Source of the DNA: Nemertoderma westbladi
Lineage: Eukaryota; Animalia; Xenacoelomorpha
Direction of reading: 5' to 3'
Length of the DNA: 47,420 nt
NCBI GenBank assembly: GCA_032718475.1
Contig: JAUCBJ010002486.1
Span: 1-47,420 of the forward strand
Below, in pieces: positions 1 through 12,869 of the stretch (positions are counted from its first letter, which is position 1; every line of letters starts with the position of its first letter). The notes under the pieces are model-generated. The model did no database searches and was not told the DNA's origin. It worked only from the letters and a program-made list of their open reading frames with translations. A program made the translations under genes and the position numbers.

Positions 1-235
1 GAGACAGAACATCGATGTACAGCATCGTTCCATTACATTAACTCGCTTGATATTCAAACAAAAACGTCGTCCTAACAACGTCAAGCCTCCCTATACCTGG
101 GCTTTCGCCACAGGTATAATAATAATATGGCGTATCAGATAACTGGAAATTTTAGTATTGGTTGTTACGACAAATCTAGCTAATAGTCAGCAGATATATT
201 AACGAAAGGCACTCCTAGCTGTACTTTCCGGCATG
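1..235 (+). pseudogene. Possible decayed Ty1/copia RNase H C-terminal remnant
   Basis: Translates to NIDVQH near 8-25 and ADILTKG near 190-210, resembling the copia KHIDxxHH...QxADIxTK motifs; stops and extra spacing lie between them. Confidence 0.3.
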
Positions 236-865
236 AAAAACACTTTTAACAATTGAATGGACACTTGAATTGTTTTAGTCAGAGATAATTTTAGACCAAC
301 GTTCAGCATAGTCGTAGTGCTATAATTGGTAGCTGTTGCCACCCAGTGAAGTGAAAAGTCAGTTGCCATAGGTTATATCTACTCTGCGGGTACAATGTGC
401 TAAATGAGCTGAAAGTAGAGTATAGTGGCCAAAGAGTGCAAGTAAAGCTGCAGTTTTAGTAATGACCAAATGTGCAAATGAGTTACTGTATAAGTGAATA
501 CTGTACCTTTACTGTTAACGTCCATCTCAGCTAGTCTGTCTGACCTCAATTTCAATTCAATTTTTCAATTCAAGTTTATTTATCTTCGTTATGGAATATA
601 AAAGGAGTGTTGATTCAGTCCGTAGAGACAAGTTGGTACAGGCTTATGTTTAAACAACTATGTTCAGGTATTTAATGAAATTCGAAAATTAACGTTAGAA
701 TCCATCATCGATTAAGTTCTACCATAGATTCAGCTACCGATGAGACCTATATTGCTGGTAGGTTTGCCGATATATATAAAAATCTTTATAATCAACCGTA
801 AGATTCCCATATTTGTCATATAGAAAAGGAGATTAAAGTTAAATTGGAGAATTAATCACCCTTAA

Positions 866-2038
866 CCCTTCCCCGACCATGGACTACATGGTAGTACATG
901 CAGGGACTGTTCCATGGACTACATGGTAGTTCATGGCTTTTATACTGACATTTAGGCATTCCTATGACGTTGGAACACAAACTGACGGTGTGTTTTATAG
1001 GCAACTGGAGCAGTTAATAAGTAAAAAAAATATAATTTTGTAGTACTGTATTAGGCCTACCAGACCAGTCTGCCCTAGCAACATAAATTTGAAAATGCTG
1101 AATTATGGCACTGCTACAGAAGTACAGCTCAATATAGTGCGTTACTGTATACTGTCTTAGCTGTGCATTTGATGTAAAGTGTCAAAGTTTGTACCGATAC
1201 TAGCGGAATCCGCCAAGGAGCTGGCTACGAGATCGAGAATGAGGATGATGATGACGACACAGACAATGGCTACGAGATCGAGAATGAGGATGATGATGAC
1301 GACACAGACAATCAGAAAATGACGGAATGAAGCATGCAGGGATAACGATAACAGCGAGGGAGAATGATGATTCCGAAATTGCTGGTTCCGATTCCGATAG
1401 AGAATCTGACAGTGATACTGGTACTGGTTTGTTATATAATCTACCGGTACCTGATTATGAATTATTGGAGGAATGAGACCTGGGACTGGGGTGGCGTGAT
1501 ATTGCATATGCGGAAGAAGACTCTGATGACACTGCAGTCTGACGGTTGGTTGCAGTGATGTTATCAATACAACTGGAAGCCTACAAACACCAACTGTTGA
1601 TCATGAGAGAGTATAAACTGATCATTTTGATAAAATTACATCTCGATGTCGATATACAACAATCTTGCGCAATTTTATTTACAATTATGTTGTCGGGTCT
1701 GCTGGGTAAATAACAAAACATTAAAGAAAATCAGATTTGTATGTGTTATTCTATTTTACGGTATTCTGCTATTTTTTACGATAAACCAAGATTGTGCCCT
1801 GGCGGTTTTGGTAATTACCAAACTCACAAGCTGAATTAATTAAACTGAATTAATTTGTTATTAATTATAATATTAATGTTCACAATTTTATGATGATTCT
1901 AAAAAACTAAAAACTGTGTTCGTAGGACCACCACAACCGAAGTTATGCACAGCTAAATTACAATAATATTTTTTTCTAAAATGTTGGAGCATTTGGCATT
2001 GGCGGGCACTAAATTTTAGATCCCTGGTCGGGAAAGGG
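866..2038 (+). mobile_element. Internally deleted (non-autonomous) piggyBac transposon
   Basis: TTAA on both sides (862-865, 2039-2042). 14-bp TIRs CCCTTCCCCGACCA / TGGTCGGGAAAGGG (1 mismatch). Subterminal direct repeat CCATGGACTACATGGTAGT at 877 and 912. The Asp/Glu-rich + strand stretch (1220-1420) resembles a piggyBac transposase N-terminus. The LINE continues across the site. Confidence 0.85.
1222..1312 (+). repeat. 45-bp exact tandem duplication inside the piggyBac acidic region
   Basis: GGCTACGAGATCGAGAATGAGGATGATGATGACGACACAGACAAT occurs twice, at 1223 and 1268. Confidence 0.95.
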
Positions 2039-2042
2039 TTAA

Positions 2043-2958
2043 ATCCACTTCTAGTTCCTCCCGAGATTGTTTCGGAAGCTATTCACCGTCTTAAGGGAGG
2101 GAAGCCTATTTCTGTTTGATTCCGACTGTTTAATCAATGCAGGGTCGATTCTTTTTGATCATTTAAGTGTTTTGTTCAATTCTTTTTTAGTCCATGGTTT
2201 CATACCAAAGTTTGTTTTGACGTGCGTCATCCTGCCGTTAATTAAGAATAAGTTGGGGGACCACACCTCATCAGGGAATTACCGAGCGATAGCTAATTCG
2301 AGTTTATTAATCAAGATATATTCGAATGGGTTATGATTCTGACTCAGTCTACACATTTGTCATTAGACGACCTTCAGTTTGGTTTTCAGTCGAAATGCAG
2401 TACGACCCAATGTACGTGGGCTGCTACGGAAGTCATTGGTCATTTGACTAGACACTCTACCCCGGTATTTGGTTGCCTTTTAGATCTATCGAAAGCTTTC
2501 GATATGATAGAATGGCAGAAGTTATTCCTCGAACTACTAAAGATGGGAGTGGCTCCACTGTTTCTTAGAGTTTTACTGTGGGTATATGTAAACCAGTCGT
2601 GTTGTGTCAAGTGGAATAACATCTGTTCCGATACTTTCACTCTGAAAAAAGGAGTCCGGCAAGGTTCGGTCGCCTCTCCGACGTTACTCTGCGTTGTTCT
2701 AAATATTCTTATAATAACATTACGTAACTCTGGAGTTGGTTGCAAAATAGGATCTTTTTATTATGGAATTTTAGCCTACGCAGACGACATATTTCTTTTG
2801 TGCCCAAGTATAACTGGACTTAAATATATGGTCGATATTTGTAATAAATTTGCGGCAGTCAATAAACTTAAGTTCAGCTCAGATCCTAATCCCTCCAAAT
2901 CAAAGTCGAGTGCATTCCATTTGGATATTCTTGGATGGAACAATCCGTTAAGATATCA
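2043..2958 (+). pseudogene. LINE reverse transcriptase domain, frameshifted
   Basis: ORFs 2067-2336 and 2333-2962 contain NYRAIA, QFGF, LLDLSKAFD, GVRQGSVASP and YADD. Confidence 0.9.
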
Positions 2959-5900
2959 CTAGGTGGGATAAATATTTCTCCATTTGACGCAACACCGCCA
3001 CGGCCGCTATGAGGGAGGTGAATACCGCGGCCGCTCCTAAAGCCGCAGGCCATCGCTAACTATATAGGTTAACTTGGGATTCTGGGGGACTTTTCGATGA
3101 AGGAACAGACCAAATTTTTTTATTTTCTCACCAGGGGAGCGGCTCGGAATTCTAAGATATTAGCAACTCTAACATTATTAAATCTAACCCTTCGACGGAC
3201 ACGGCGGACAAAAATCCGTCATTTTTTCGACAATTTTAAAATTTTTTTGAAAGGCGCTCTACAGTGGCTCGAAAAAACCCTAGGTTATTGCTTAGCCGAC
3301 GCCGGGATAAGATAGAAGGGATTAATTAGTAAAATCGTTTTTTTTTTCAAAAAAGATTACCACGCCTTTTTTCCGAAAATGTCCGTCAAAGTTGAAAAAA
3401 CGGACAAAATGACTTTGCGGGATCCGCTATAACTCGGCTAATATTAATCGTACGGGGACGAAAGTAACGCGGTTGGAAAGGGGAAGAGTGGTACTACCTT
3501 CGTATCCAATGGGGGTAAGATATTTATTAAAATTTCGGGTGGAAAAAGGGGCTGTAAATTTGTACGTTTTTGTCCGTCTTTTTTGGAAAACTTATTTCCG
3601 AAATGTTTAATTCGACAACGCGGGTAGGAATCCACTAATTCTTTTATGAAACTCGAAGACCATTGGGGCTACGTTCCTATCGAATGGGGGTAAAAAAATA
3701 TGTCGGCAATAGGGGCCAAAAAGGGCCAGAATTTGTAAAGTAGTTTTTAATGAATAATTTTTTATTTTTAACTTTAGTTGGTTAAGGTACATTCTATACA
3801 GTCAATATCCATACGGGGAATTCAAATATGCTATCGGTTTTGCTCCAAGGATGATATTAAAAAAATGAGGGCCAAAATTATAATTTCGCGCTTCAAACTT
3901 GCTTCGCGGGAAATCGTCTAGCTCGAACGAAAACTACTTAACTTACGGGAGATTTGTTTACACAGACTTATAGTGCGTTAAATTATCTATCTAACAGCGT
4001 TAATCACAGCGCCGGAGGTATTATAAAACTGGAGCGGCAGGCGATCGTGTGAAATATAATATTTATAAAAAGGGACGAAAAATTTTTTTTTTTAACAAAT
4101 CGCTATTCCATTATAATTTAGCGTATTGCGCCAAAAGTACCTGTAAAAAGTATCAAATTAACTCCGCTATCTTTTATCTTAACATATATAATTAAAATTA
4201 CAAATTTTAAGGGTCGAAAAATATCGCGTTATTTTGGCCCTTTTTTTTAATTTTTTTGGGGCCAAAAATAACCCATTCTCAAAAGATTAAGAAAAAAATT
4301 ACGGCAAAGAATATACCAATTTTATTGAATTTGGACCACCAGAACCGAAGTTAGAGCGATTTTAGTGAAAAAATAAAAATAATTTTTTTTGCAAAAAAAT
4401 TAAGAATGGTCAGGTCAATATTGGATTTCGAACCCGCGAACTTAGGTTTCATTAACGTGATTGATAACCACTAGACTATGTGACCAAGCGAATTTGAAAT
4501 TTTCGAGTGACTATTTTTAAACATAAATAACTTCGGTTCTACAGGGCCGTTTAATCTGAAACTTTTTTCATTGGATAGAGGATAGATTGTAGTGTGTGAA
4601 ATAGGATAAAACTTGGGAAAAGACTTATGTGCACTTAGTGCAAAATGCACTTAAATAGTGAACATTTTTTCGATATTTCAAACACTGTTATTTCCAGTTC
4701 TATTCATCGTAGAATGTTACTTTTTGGATTAAAATGTAGTTTGGAATGATTTCTAACTATAATCGTAACATTTGTTTAACTTCTTATGTCTATAAAGTGA
4801 CTTAAAAATGTCCATGAATATGGTCCAAAATCGCAAATCCAGATTTATTAAATTGGATTTTTGACACTTTTAGCGACTGACACTTTATCATACACCATCG
4901 TAGATCGGTAGAGGATAAACATAAGTTTGTTAAATAAGAGCCACCATTACGATCTGCTAAAGTGCATTTGTACAAATAAGTGTGCAAAAGTGCAAATTTT
5001 TTAATAAGGTCAAATTATATAGTATTGGGTTCTTTTCTTTGCAGATACTTTATTTTAATATTAATATGTTGTTTGAACATTACTGAGCGCATTAGGGGAT
5101 ATGCGTACAAATAACCGGCCCTTATGAGGCTTCGATTGGGTAAATTAATAAAACATAAGGTTGTATAGTATAATATTCTAAAAACCAGTGTGATATTAAA
5201 TGCACTTTAAATAATAAATAGAAATCAAATAACAATTGGACCACACAATTAAAAACTCGCACAATTTTGTACTTATTATATCGCTTCAAATTAATTCAAC
5301 AGTGGATATTTGTGGGAAGGGGGAAGTTACAGTGTGCATTTGGGTGAAGTTTGGTGAACTGCATTTATGCAGTGAATCCAAACTTCCCCCTTTGATATAT
5401 CATATACTGTACTTAAGACATGCTAGGGTGACGGGGAAATATTTGTTACTGTCACACTTTGCTTCCATTTATCCTATCCTTTATTATTACCCCAGTCAGA
5501 TAAGAGATAATAAATCAGTAAAAACTAAACTAAACTGTCTTTCATGCAAACAAATTTCTAACTAAAGACGGGTGAATGACCATGACCATGGAAATAATTT
5601 TAAATATAATTGTATATCAACTATTTGGGGAGGCTTCCAAGTTAAACCCGAAAACAATTATTTTGTTACATATATAGTAAATAACGTTGTATGTTCTTCT
5701 TCCTCTCATAATAAAATATAAATGAAATATCTCAGATAGCTATGCCCTGTAACATTTCACAACCAAAATATTTAAGTGTGAAAAGTGTAGGCCTACCACA
5801 CTCCGCCCAAACAACCGCAAACGCATAGCCAACAAATTTAACAAAAGGTTACATACATGTTGGGTTCATGACGAGATGAGTGAAAATTGATCGCGTAATA

Positions 5901-5990
5901 TAAAGTAAAAAATTAAGAGACGGGCTGGCTCTCCTCCACTTCTTACCCAATGGATATGTTGTTGTAATAATCTAATATTGGGGCGGCTTT
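2959..5990. mobile_element. ~3.0-kb non-coding insertion in the LINE; unclassified, possibly a Helitron/Helentron-type non-autonomous element
   Basis: The LINE peptide breaks at ...VKIS (2958) and resumes at LGGVVLPW (~5991). The left end reads ACTAG followed by an imperfect palindrome GGATAAATATTTCTCC, i.e. palindrome then CTAG|T on the minus strand. No TIR, clear TSD or credible ORF. Boundaries are uncertain by a few nt. Confidence 0.5.
4413..4485 (-). other. tRNA-derived sequence (Pol III A/B boxes), not a functional tRNA
   Basis: Minus strand reads GGTCACA-TAGTCTAGTGG (A box) ... GGGTTCGAAATCC (B-box-like) ... TGACC, with tRNA-like spacing and a partial acceptor stem. Confidence 0.5.
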
Positions 5991-6652
5991 CTCTCGGTGG
6001 CGTCGTATTGCCTTGGGTTAAAGAAGCAATACATCTTGGTCGCGCATTAGATTTTCGTTGTAACTTAGAATCAGATTGTATTAATAAACGTGACCAATTC
6101 ATCGGTAAGCTCCTCAATTGTCTTCGTCAGGAATTCTAATTTGCGTGACCGGATACAATTTGCAAATTACAACGTATATATTCGACTGCCTTTTATGGTA
6201 GTAATCTTTGGGACCTGTTCTCAGCTACATGTAACCGGTTATTTACAGCGTGGAATAAAAATTGTAGAATAATTTATGGTCTACCTTATAATAGCCATAG
6301 ATATTTTATATATAATATTGTGCAATTTAATCACCCAATGATTAGGATGCTTTCACGTTTTCTTAAATTTTCTATTGGTTTGCGTGAATCGAATAAATGT
6401 TGTTTATATAATTGTCAGTCTCGTGCTGGTAGTAATTTGAGGAATATTGCTAATTTTTGTAATGTAAACTTATTAGCATCCTTAAATATGAAATCTTTGT
6501 GTAATAAACGTTATGCACCTGTGCTACCGGAAAACGAATGGCGAATCAATATATGTAAGGAAATTATCGCTATTAGATCAGGGTCTTCAGAACTTAACAA
6601 TTTAACAGACACCGATTTATTTGATATTTTAGTCGCAGTCACAACTACATAA
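5991..6652 (+). pseudogene. C-terminal part of the same LINE ORF2
   Basis: LPWVKEAIHLG, ...EWRINICKEII...DILVAVTTT*; frameshifts and stops present. Confidence 0.75.
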
Positions 6653-7239
6653 TATGTTAATATTATTTTCTTTTTCGTTATATTCCTATTACCTAATCCT
6701 ATTATTATGCAGTATTGTTTATTTTTTGTATTGTCTATTGTGTTTATATTCTCAGTCTGCTCTATGTCATTTCCTATAATATTCATTGTTACTGTACTTT
6801 CAAATTATTTGGTTATGTATGAAATTAAATTAAATTAAAATATTACATAATATGAATTAGTCTATTGACATTTTTTACATATGGGGTGGAGGAAGGCACA
6901 ATAGCCTAGGCTAGTGGAAGGAACCGGAAAATAGATAAATATAAGTACCGGGGGGGGGGGGGGGGGGGTGGGTAGGTGTAGCTGGGTCAGCAGTCAGTGG
7001 TGTCAAGGACAAGGCCGATGAGGAAGTCAAATCCAAATGCAAAACTGCATCCGTCACCATCATAACCAAAACAGATGTAGCAGTAGAGTTTTGGTAGGTG
7101 TTGGAATAGATACTGTAGTTATAATATATAGTATTATAGGTTATTAGGTGAACCTAGAATGTTAGACATGTAAACACCGATGGAAGGGGGGGGGGGGGGG
7201 GGTGGAAGGGATTGGATGCACTGGCTCACTGATGTGTCC

Positions 7240-7895
7240 TCAGCAAGTCTCTGACCGGATGAGCATAAACTCAAAGGATGGTATGCTTAGGCTTGTGGAC
7301 GACTTCTGTTACCTGAGATCATGGATCCGGAAGTCAGATGAGGACAGGTAAGGGAAAGGCATGAATAGGCTTGAATAGGCTTTCCAGGATTTGGAAGTCA
7401 CAGAAACTTAAGGTACGATTATTTAGAGCAGCAGTAGTACCAGTACTCCTCTATGGGAGTCCATGCTGGGCTCTAACCTCAGAGGACACCAAATCTCTGT
7501 ATGGCACATTCACAAGAATGCTACGCTGGGTTAATTTTATCAAGTAAAATGTACACATCTCCAACCAGACACTACATAACATTGGATTGGTTCCCCCAAG
7601 CTTGACACTAGAACAAAGTCGCCTCCGCTTAGCAGGATATTGCTTTCGCCGTGAGGACTAGCCAGTGCATAATCTTTTGCTTTGGCAGACTCATTGTGTG
7701 AATAAGCACGGTGGACAGCCCATGACTTTCTTGAGACGCATCTTAAAGGACACTGGCCTTGAAGATGCGGCTGATCTAGCAAATGTCATGGGTGATAGGG
7801 AGTTGTGGTGGCACAATTTTATCGACAAGCCGGCACAGCATTCTTAAAAATGCAGCTGCAATGCAGCATGCCGATCCTAGTAGTAGCAGTAGTAG
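7240..7895 (+). mobile_element. 5'-truncated RTE-clade LINE 3' end
   Basis: Closely similar to the reverse complement of 22427-23105 (VDDFCYL, LLYGSPCWALT, DKPAQHS*); ends in a (TAG)n-type tail. Confidence 0.85.
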
Positions 7896-7909
7896 ACGCG
7901 ATGGTGAGA

Positions 7910-8285
7910 TACCTAATAAAATAATATTTAGCGGTGGCTATGTGAATAAAATATATTTTGTTAGATTTTTTGAGAAGATGTGTTCAGTTTTAGAATTTAT
8001 TATATCTTGGCTGAGCGCATTCCAGATTCGAGGGTCTTGAAATGAAGGGGATTGGCCGGCAGAGTCTAAGCAGATCTGTGGGATATAAAAATGGCCTGAT
8101 GAGGCTTCGCGGGTGTTATGTGTATGTATACTGACTGTTTTACGGAATAAATGAGTGAGAGGGTGGAAGTGTGTGTGAAAGACATCCTACATGATGCTGC
8201 AGACTTGGAACTTGTAAAGTTGCTCTAACGGCAAGTTATTTAATTGTTGATAAATTGGAAGGGTCGAAGATTTATAATAACTAAA
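7910..8285 (-). pseudogene. CR1/L2-group LINE ORF2 C-terminal remnant
   Basis: Minus strand translates STLPIYQQLNNLPLEQLYKFQVCSIM...SIHTHNTR, typical of CR1/L2 C-termini. May belong to the same copy as 12050-12575. Confidence 0.55.
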
Positions 8286-8300
8286 CGTTATACACTGGAC

Positions 8301-8408
8301 AATTAAGCCGTAGATACTATAGGGATGATGTGACGGGATCGTAGATCCCGACCGAATTAAGCCGTAGATACTATAGGGATGATGTGACGGGATCGTAGAT
8401 CCCGACCG
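8301..8408 (+). repeat. 54-bp exact tandem duplication containing a small hairpin
   Basis: AATTAAGCCG...GATCCCGACCG at 8301 and 8355; each unit has CGGGATC-GTA-GATCCCG. Confidence 0.9.
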
Positions 8409-8980
8409 GGTAAGATTTAGTATGCGTCACCTGACTGCTGGTCTGCTGGGCTAGTGTCCTTTTGGCTGAAAGCCGTTGGGGAAAATAACAGAGTCTGTGT
8501 TCCTCAATGTTAATGTTCCAAATGATAATAGCACAGAATTAGTATGTGATTGATATCGCAATACAGAATGACAGCAGTAAATCAGTAATAGATATTGGTT
8601 GGCGACGGTCAAAAACTATAACCGGTCTGCAACTCTGTGATTAATGAACTGACCGGTAAATCAGTAATACAGAATAACTATATGATTGATACACACAGAT
8701 ATTGGTTTCACCTCTTACTCTACTTGGCCTTCTGTACCCAATGGATGCTCTCCTATCTCTGTTCACGTGCTCCCCTGCCCGCTATTGGCTTATATACTAA
8801 TTGTGACTTTGGCACTCCCTGTGAGTGTTTCCCCCCGCCGCTAGCCTTTACTAGCTGTGTTCTCCCTCCGAGGTGGTTTGACCTCTCACCTCTCTCTGTG
8901 GCTTTAGGGCTTGTGTCCCCCCCCCCCCCCCCCCCAGTTGGTTATGAGGCGAGATTATTATTGGTAATCTCGTATCGCCA
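8383..8980 (-). mobile_element. Possible solo LTR
   Basis: Minus strand starts TG (8980) and ends ...GTCACA (8383), with TATATAAG, CCAAT and CACGTG inside. No matching TSD found. Confidence 0.25.
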
Positions 8981-9889
8981 ACTATATTGGTAAAATGCCA
9001 CTGGTCCCATTTTCGGGTGGATAATGCAAGGGAATTGAATCCGCTTACAGATAACTAAGAGAGAAAAATAAGGTTCGCATAATTGACGAGGGAAGAATAT
9101 GACGAAGACGATGTAATGGATTTATCGTGCCTCTTGGCACGATAAGCTCCTAAAACGGCTTTGTATCTCTAAAAGTTACAAGAAGTGCTATCTTTTCACT
9201 TATTGTTTTGGTTCCCGGCTGTCATAAAATATTTCCCACTAGAACTCGGTCCTTCAATGACTTGTTATTTACGGACATCCACAGCCCTTCAAAAATAGTG
9301 CAAAACACAGTGATTTCTGTTCTTCCCAAGATGTATATTGTTCCCTTCTGGCATATAAAAATAGTGTTCTGTAACACCATAGAAAAACCTCTGGGATGAG
9401 GAAAAAGAGAAAAAGGGTGAGGGGTGCTTTGGGTCCGTTATGATCCAAAGTATAGCCTCAAATAATCAAAATAATCCAAAAATATACAGAAAAATACAGT
9501 ATTTTTAGTCGTTTCGTTATGCTAAAAATACTCTGAAAAAATATAATCAAGGTTATGAAAAATCGTAATAAAATCGTCAAAGTTATGGAAAATCACAGGT
9601 TATGAAAAACGTCGTAATAAACTTGGTGCAGCTTCATGCTATTGGAACTTGGTGATAGTGCAGAACACCAGGTTACCGTCTGAGTCCAAACAGGGGTGGG
9701 ACCGATTGGACGCAAAGGTTACTGTTACTTTGCCCTCAAAACTATACAGTCGATCCTGGCGAGCCTGGGATGAACTTTATAACCAGCAGACTGACAGTAA
9801 CTGACAGAGTTGAAGCCTAGGGACACTGCTACTTTGCCCCCAAAACTAAATAGTCGGTCCTGAGACGAACTAAGTAGCCAGCGGACAGA

Positions 9890-10165
9890 ATGCGCGAGCG
9901 CTCTGGGGCTAGTTAGCCAGAGATCTCAGTCCTCGGCGGTAACGTCTTACCTTCCCAGCAACCACGAACCCATCTGCTAAGGCCGGCCTTGGAAGAAAGA
10001 AGACCAATACCTCAGAGCAGAGCTCGTTTAAGGCTAGTCAGCCAAAACTCAGTCCTTGGCGGTAACGTCTTACCTTCCCAGCAACCACGAACCCACTATG
10101 GCCAGCCTGGGAAGAAAGAAGTCCAATACCTTGGAGCAGAGCCTAGTATAGCTGCCAAGGCGGCC
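9890..10165 (+). repeat. ~123-bp diverged tandem repeat, with a third partial copy at ~11436-11530
   Basis: GGCGGTAACGTCTTACCTTCCCAGCAACCACGAACCCA at 9935 and 10058; GGAAGAAAGAAG(A/T)CCAATACCT at ~9991, ~10111 and ~11473. Confidence 0.85.
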
Positions 10166-10166
10166 T

Positions 10167-10408
10167 CATTAATGTTTGTGTACCTCATTAATGTTTGTGT
10201 CCCTAATTAATGTTTGTGTCCCTCATTAATGTTTGTGTCCCTCATTAATGTTTGTGTCCCTCATTAATGTTTGTGTCCCACATCAATGTTTATGTCCCAC
10301 ATTAATGTTTGTCCCCCTGATTAATGTTTGTCCCTCTGATTAATGTTTGTCCCACATTAATGTTTGTGGCGCTGATAAATATCTGTCCTTCATTTAATGT
10401 TTGTGTCC
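10167..10408 (+). repeat. Minisatellite, ~19-bp unit CATTAATGTTTGTGTCCCT, about 12 copies
   Basis: Directly visible head-to-tail array with no unique spacers. Confidence 0.95.
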
Positions 10409-11075
10409 AAGTTGCTATGGGGTTCCGGACGTTTTGGATAACTTGGTCAGCAACAAGCAACTTAATTTGAGTAACCATTAACTTTTAGTCTCCGTTATAT
10501 GAGGCATCTTTTACAGCAACAAACTTCGCGTTTACATAGAGCAACTTGATCGGCAACCTGACATGCTCACCAAGTTGCTGATAGAATTGCTCAAAATGTT
10601 TCCACGTACTGTAGAAAAAACAGTCTTTAATTATTCGTCATGACATAGCTAGACTTTGATCTTACTATAGAGTACCACCCATGGCTATATTTTATACTTA
10701 GAGTTCCGTTTGCTTGAATCTAAATTTTTTTCTTACAGTTATGCATTTGGCTACATTTTCTTCAATTTGTATTGATACATGATTCTAACTACAGTCCCGT
10801 ACTTATTTTAGAAGCAATTAATACCAAAATATCAAAAAATTATTGAGCACTTTAGTATAATTTTGAATTCAAAAATTTCCAACATGTGCGCAAGTGTGTT
10901 AGCTGTATTGTATGTGCTTATTTGTTATTATTGCATTCACAGGTAATACTAACACCTGCTCATGTGCTAATTAACATGTTAGATAGCACGTTTTAGCTAA
11001 TAACAAATGCGCACATGTATTACGGGCGCACTACGCACTAAAAAATTAAGGACGTACGATACGCCTTGGCTATAA

Positions 11076-11270
11076 TTTGATATATTTTGCGTGTTTTTTG
11101 TAAAAATTCGGACTTATGGTGTTTTGCCTAATTGAGGATGCCTTGTTTTCTAGGCAATACCCCGCAACTATCGTATAGTTACGGGATAATACCAGAAAAC
11201 GGTGTTCCCCTTGTTTTGGCAAAACACCATAAGTCCGAATTTTTACAAAAAAACCGCAATATATTTCAAA
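11076..11270. mobile_element. Small foldback/MITE-like palindrome (~195 bp)
   Basis: TTTTTTGTAAAAATTCGGACTTATGGTGTTTTGCC is the inverse of GGCAAAACACCATAAGTCCGAATTTTTACAAAAAA; imperfect pairing continues to the centre near 11170. Confidence 0.8.
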
Positions 11271-12049
11271 GGTGATTCTAAATTAAATAGAAAGTTTAGT
11301 TATATGAATTCTATATATATTTATTTGTCAAAAAACACAATAACAAGTAAACTGAGGCATCTCTCTAAAAAATAAACAATTTTTATCGATTTTCTCAGAA
11401 CTACAAAAATCGACTTAGGGGGTTCTGCCTTGAAGGTGGCGATACCTTCCCAGCAACCGCGAAGGCTGGCCTGGGAAGAAAGAAGTCCAATACCTTGGAG
11501 CAGAGCCTAGTTTAGCTGCCAAAGCGGCCAACTATGAAGGCTGGTTTTTGGGACTGACTTTCATCCAAATGTGGCCCCTTTTAAACCCGGTGTGGGGTCA
11601 AGTTGACCCCTAATTATCACCTAAACACAGTTTGTCTTTCTTGTGCAGTGATTTTACGTTCAACCCATGTAAAATATAATTAATATGTGGTTGTGAAACT
11701 GACCAATAACCGATTACTGATGAATGTCAATAGAGTTTGCTGGCCATCAATTATTCCTTTGCTAATAACTGGGTGAGATTAATAGGTGGGTGAAGGTTGG
11801 CGCACTGAATATTTCCGCATACAGGCGCATTGGATATTAACGGAATGAAATATTTCGGTGGGAAAGGGGGAAAAGGGAATAATTGTGTAGTGATTATTGC
11901 ATTTTAAAATCAGAATCATGACGGAGTGTATTTTGTATGTTTGCCTACGGAGGCGCGAAAAATCGATTACAGACGATAAAAGATACCTCCAGATCTAGAG
12001 ACTTTTTTGAGTTAGATGTTGTATATGAGGACGGTTTACTATTAATATA

Positions 12050-12575
12050 TAAACCGATATAGCTTTGGAAACGTGCTTGAGTTTAGCGCCGCTAATAAGG
12101 ACTGGGTATAGATAAGTGTGATTTGAAAAATTTGAAAATAAAATATGCTATATATTCAATTTTATTAATATTGAGGGGCAGTTTGTTGTCAGTGAGCCAG
12201 TCAGAAACACATGAGAGATTGGCGTTGACCTTGCCAGTAGACACAAGATTAGAACTGGATTTAGATCTGTGGATTAAAGATTTGTCATCAGCGAAGAGAA
12301 TGCTGAGGAAAGGACTGCAGTTGGGGAGGTCATTAACGTAAAGTAGGAACAGTAGAGGGCCAAGTACAGAACCTTGAGGAACACCTGTTAGTAAGTGATT
12401 AGTACGGGAATTAACGCCGCCGAGTGAGACAAACTGGGAACGGTCATGGAGATAGTTATAGATAGTGGAGTTCCACGGATTCCATAGCAACTCAGTTTTC
12501 TTAACAGGATTTTATGATCTAGAACATCGAATGCTTTACGTAGATCGAGGAAGATTACTGAGGTTAACTCGTTCT
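12050..12575 (-). pseudogene. CR1/L2-group LINE reverse transcriptase fragment
   Basis: FLDLRKAFDVLDHKIL, GVPQGSVLGPLLFLLYVNDL, LFADD, WLTDNKLPLNINK. Confidence 0.9.
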
Positions 12576-12869
12576 AAATCAAAATTGATTCAGGCAGATG
12601 ATATTAAATTTGTCCAGTGAGTCCATGTGATAAGTATAATATCAATTTACAATTATATAATATATAATTGGGGAGGATGCAATACATAAAATGCATAAAA
12701 TAACAATTAATATAAGTGATAGAAACTGCACAAAATAAATTAGTTGCTGTATAAATTACACGACTGGCAAATAACTTATATACGGGTATTAAAATATATA
12801 ACTCGTAAATGTATGTATATCTTATATTGGTTACTTTCAGTTTTAATCATGGAGCGAAAAACCCGGAAA

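Larger units (their letters stand above)
660..6840 (+). mobile_element. Degenerate non-LTR retrotransposon (LINE, RTE-X/Proto2-like; clade uncertain), split into three pieces by two insertions
   Basis: Linker peptide IAGRFADIYKNLYN (~750-795). RT piece 2043-2958. The peptide resumes at ~5991 with LGGVVLPWVKEAIHLG and ends ...ILVAVTTT* at 6652. An AT-rich 3' UTR ends in (AAATT)n at ~6822-6840. Confidence 0.8.

Noticed and set aside
1157-1567. 136-aa minus-strand ORF with a hydrophobic repeat (membrane protein)
   Set aside because: It is the antisense reading of the duplicated Asp-rich piggyBac segment.
8096-8102. Hammerhead ribozyme core CTGATGA
   Set aside because: No properly placed GAAA or stems; it lies antisense within a LINE coding remnant.
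10167-10408. CRISPR array
   Set aside because: Head-to-tail minisatellite without unique spacers, in a eukaryotic context with no cas genes.
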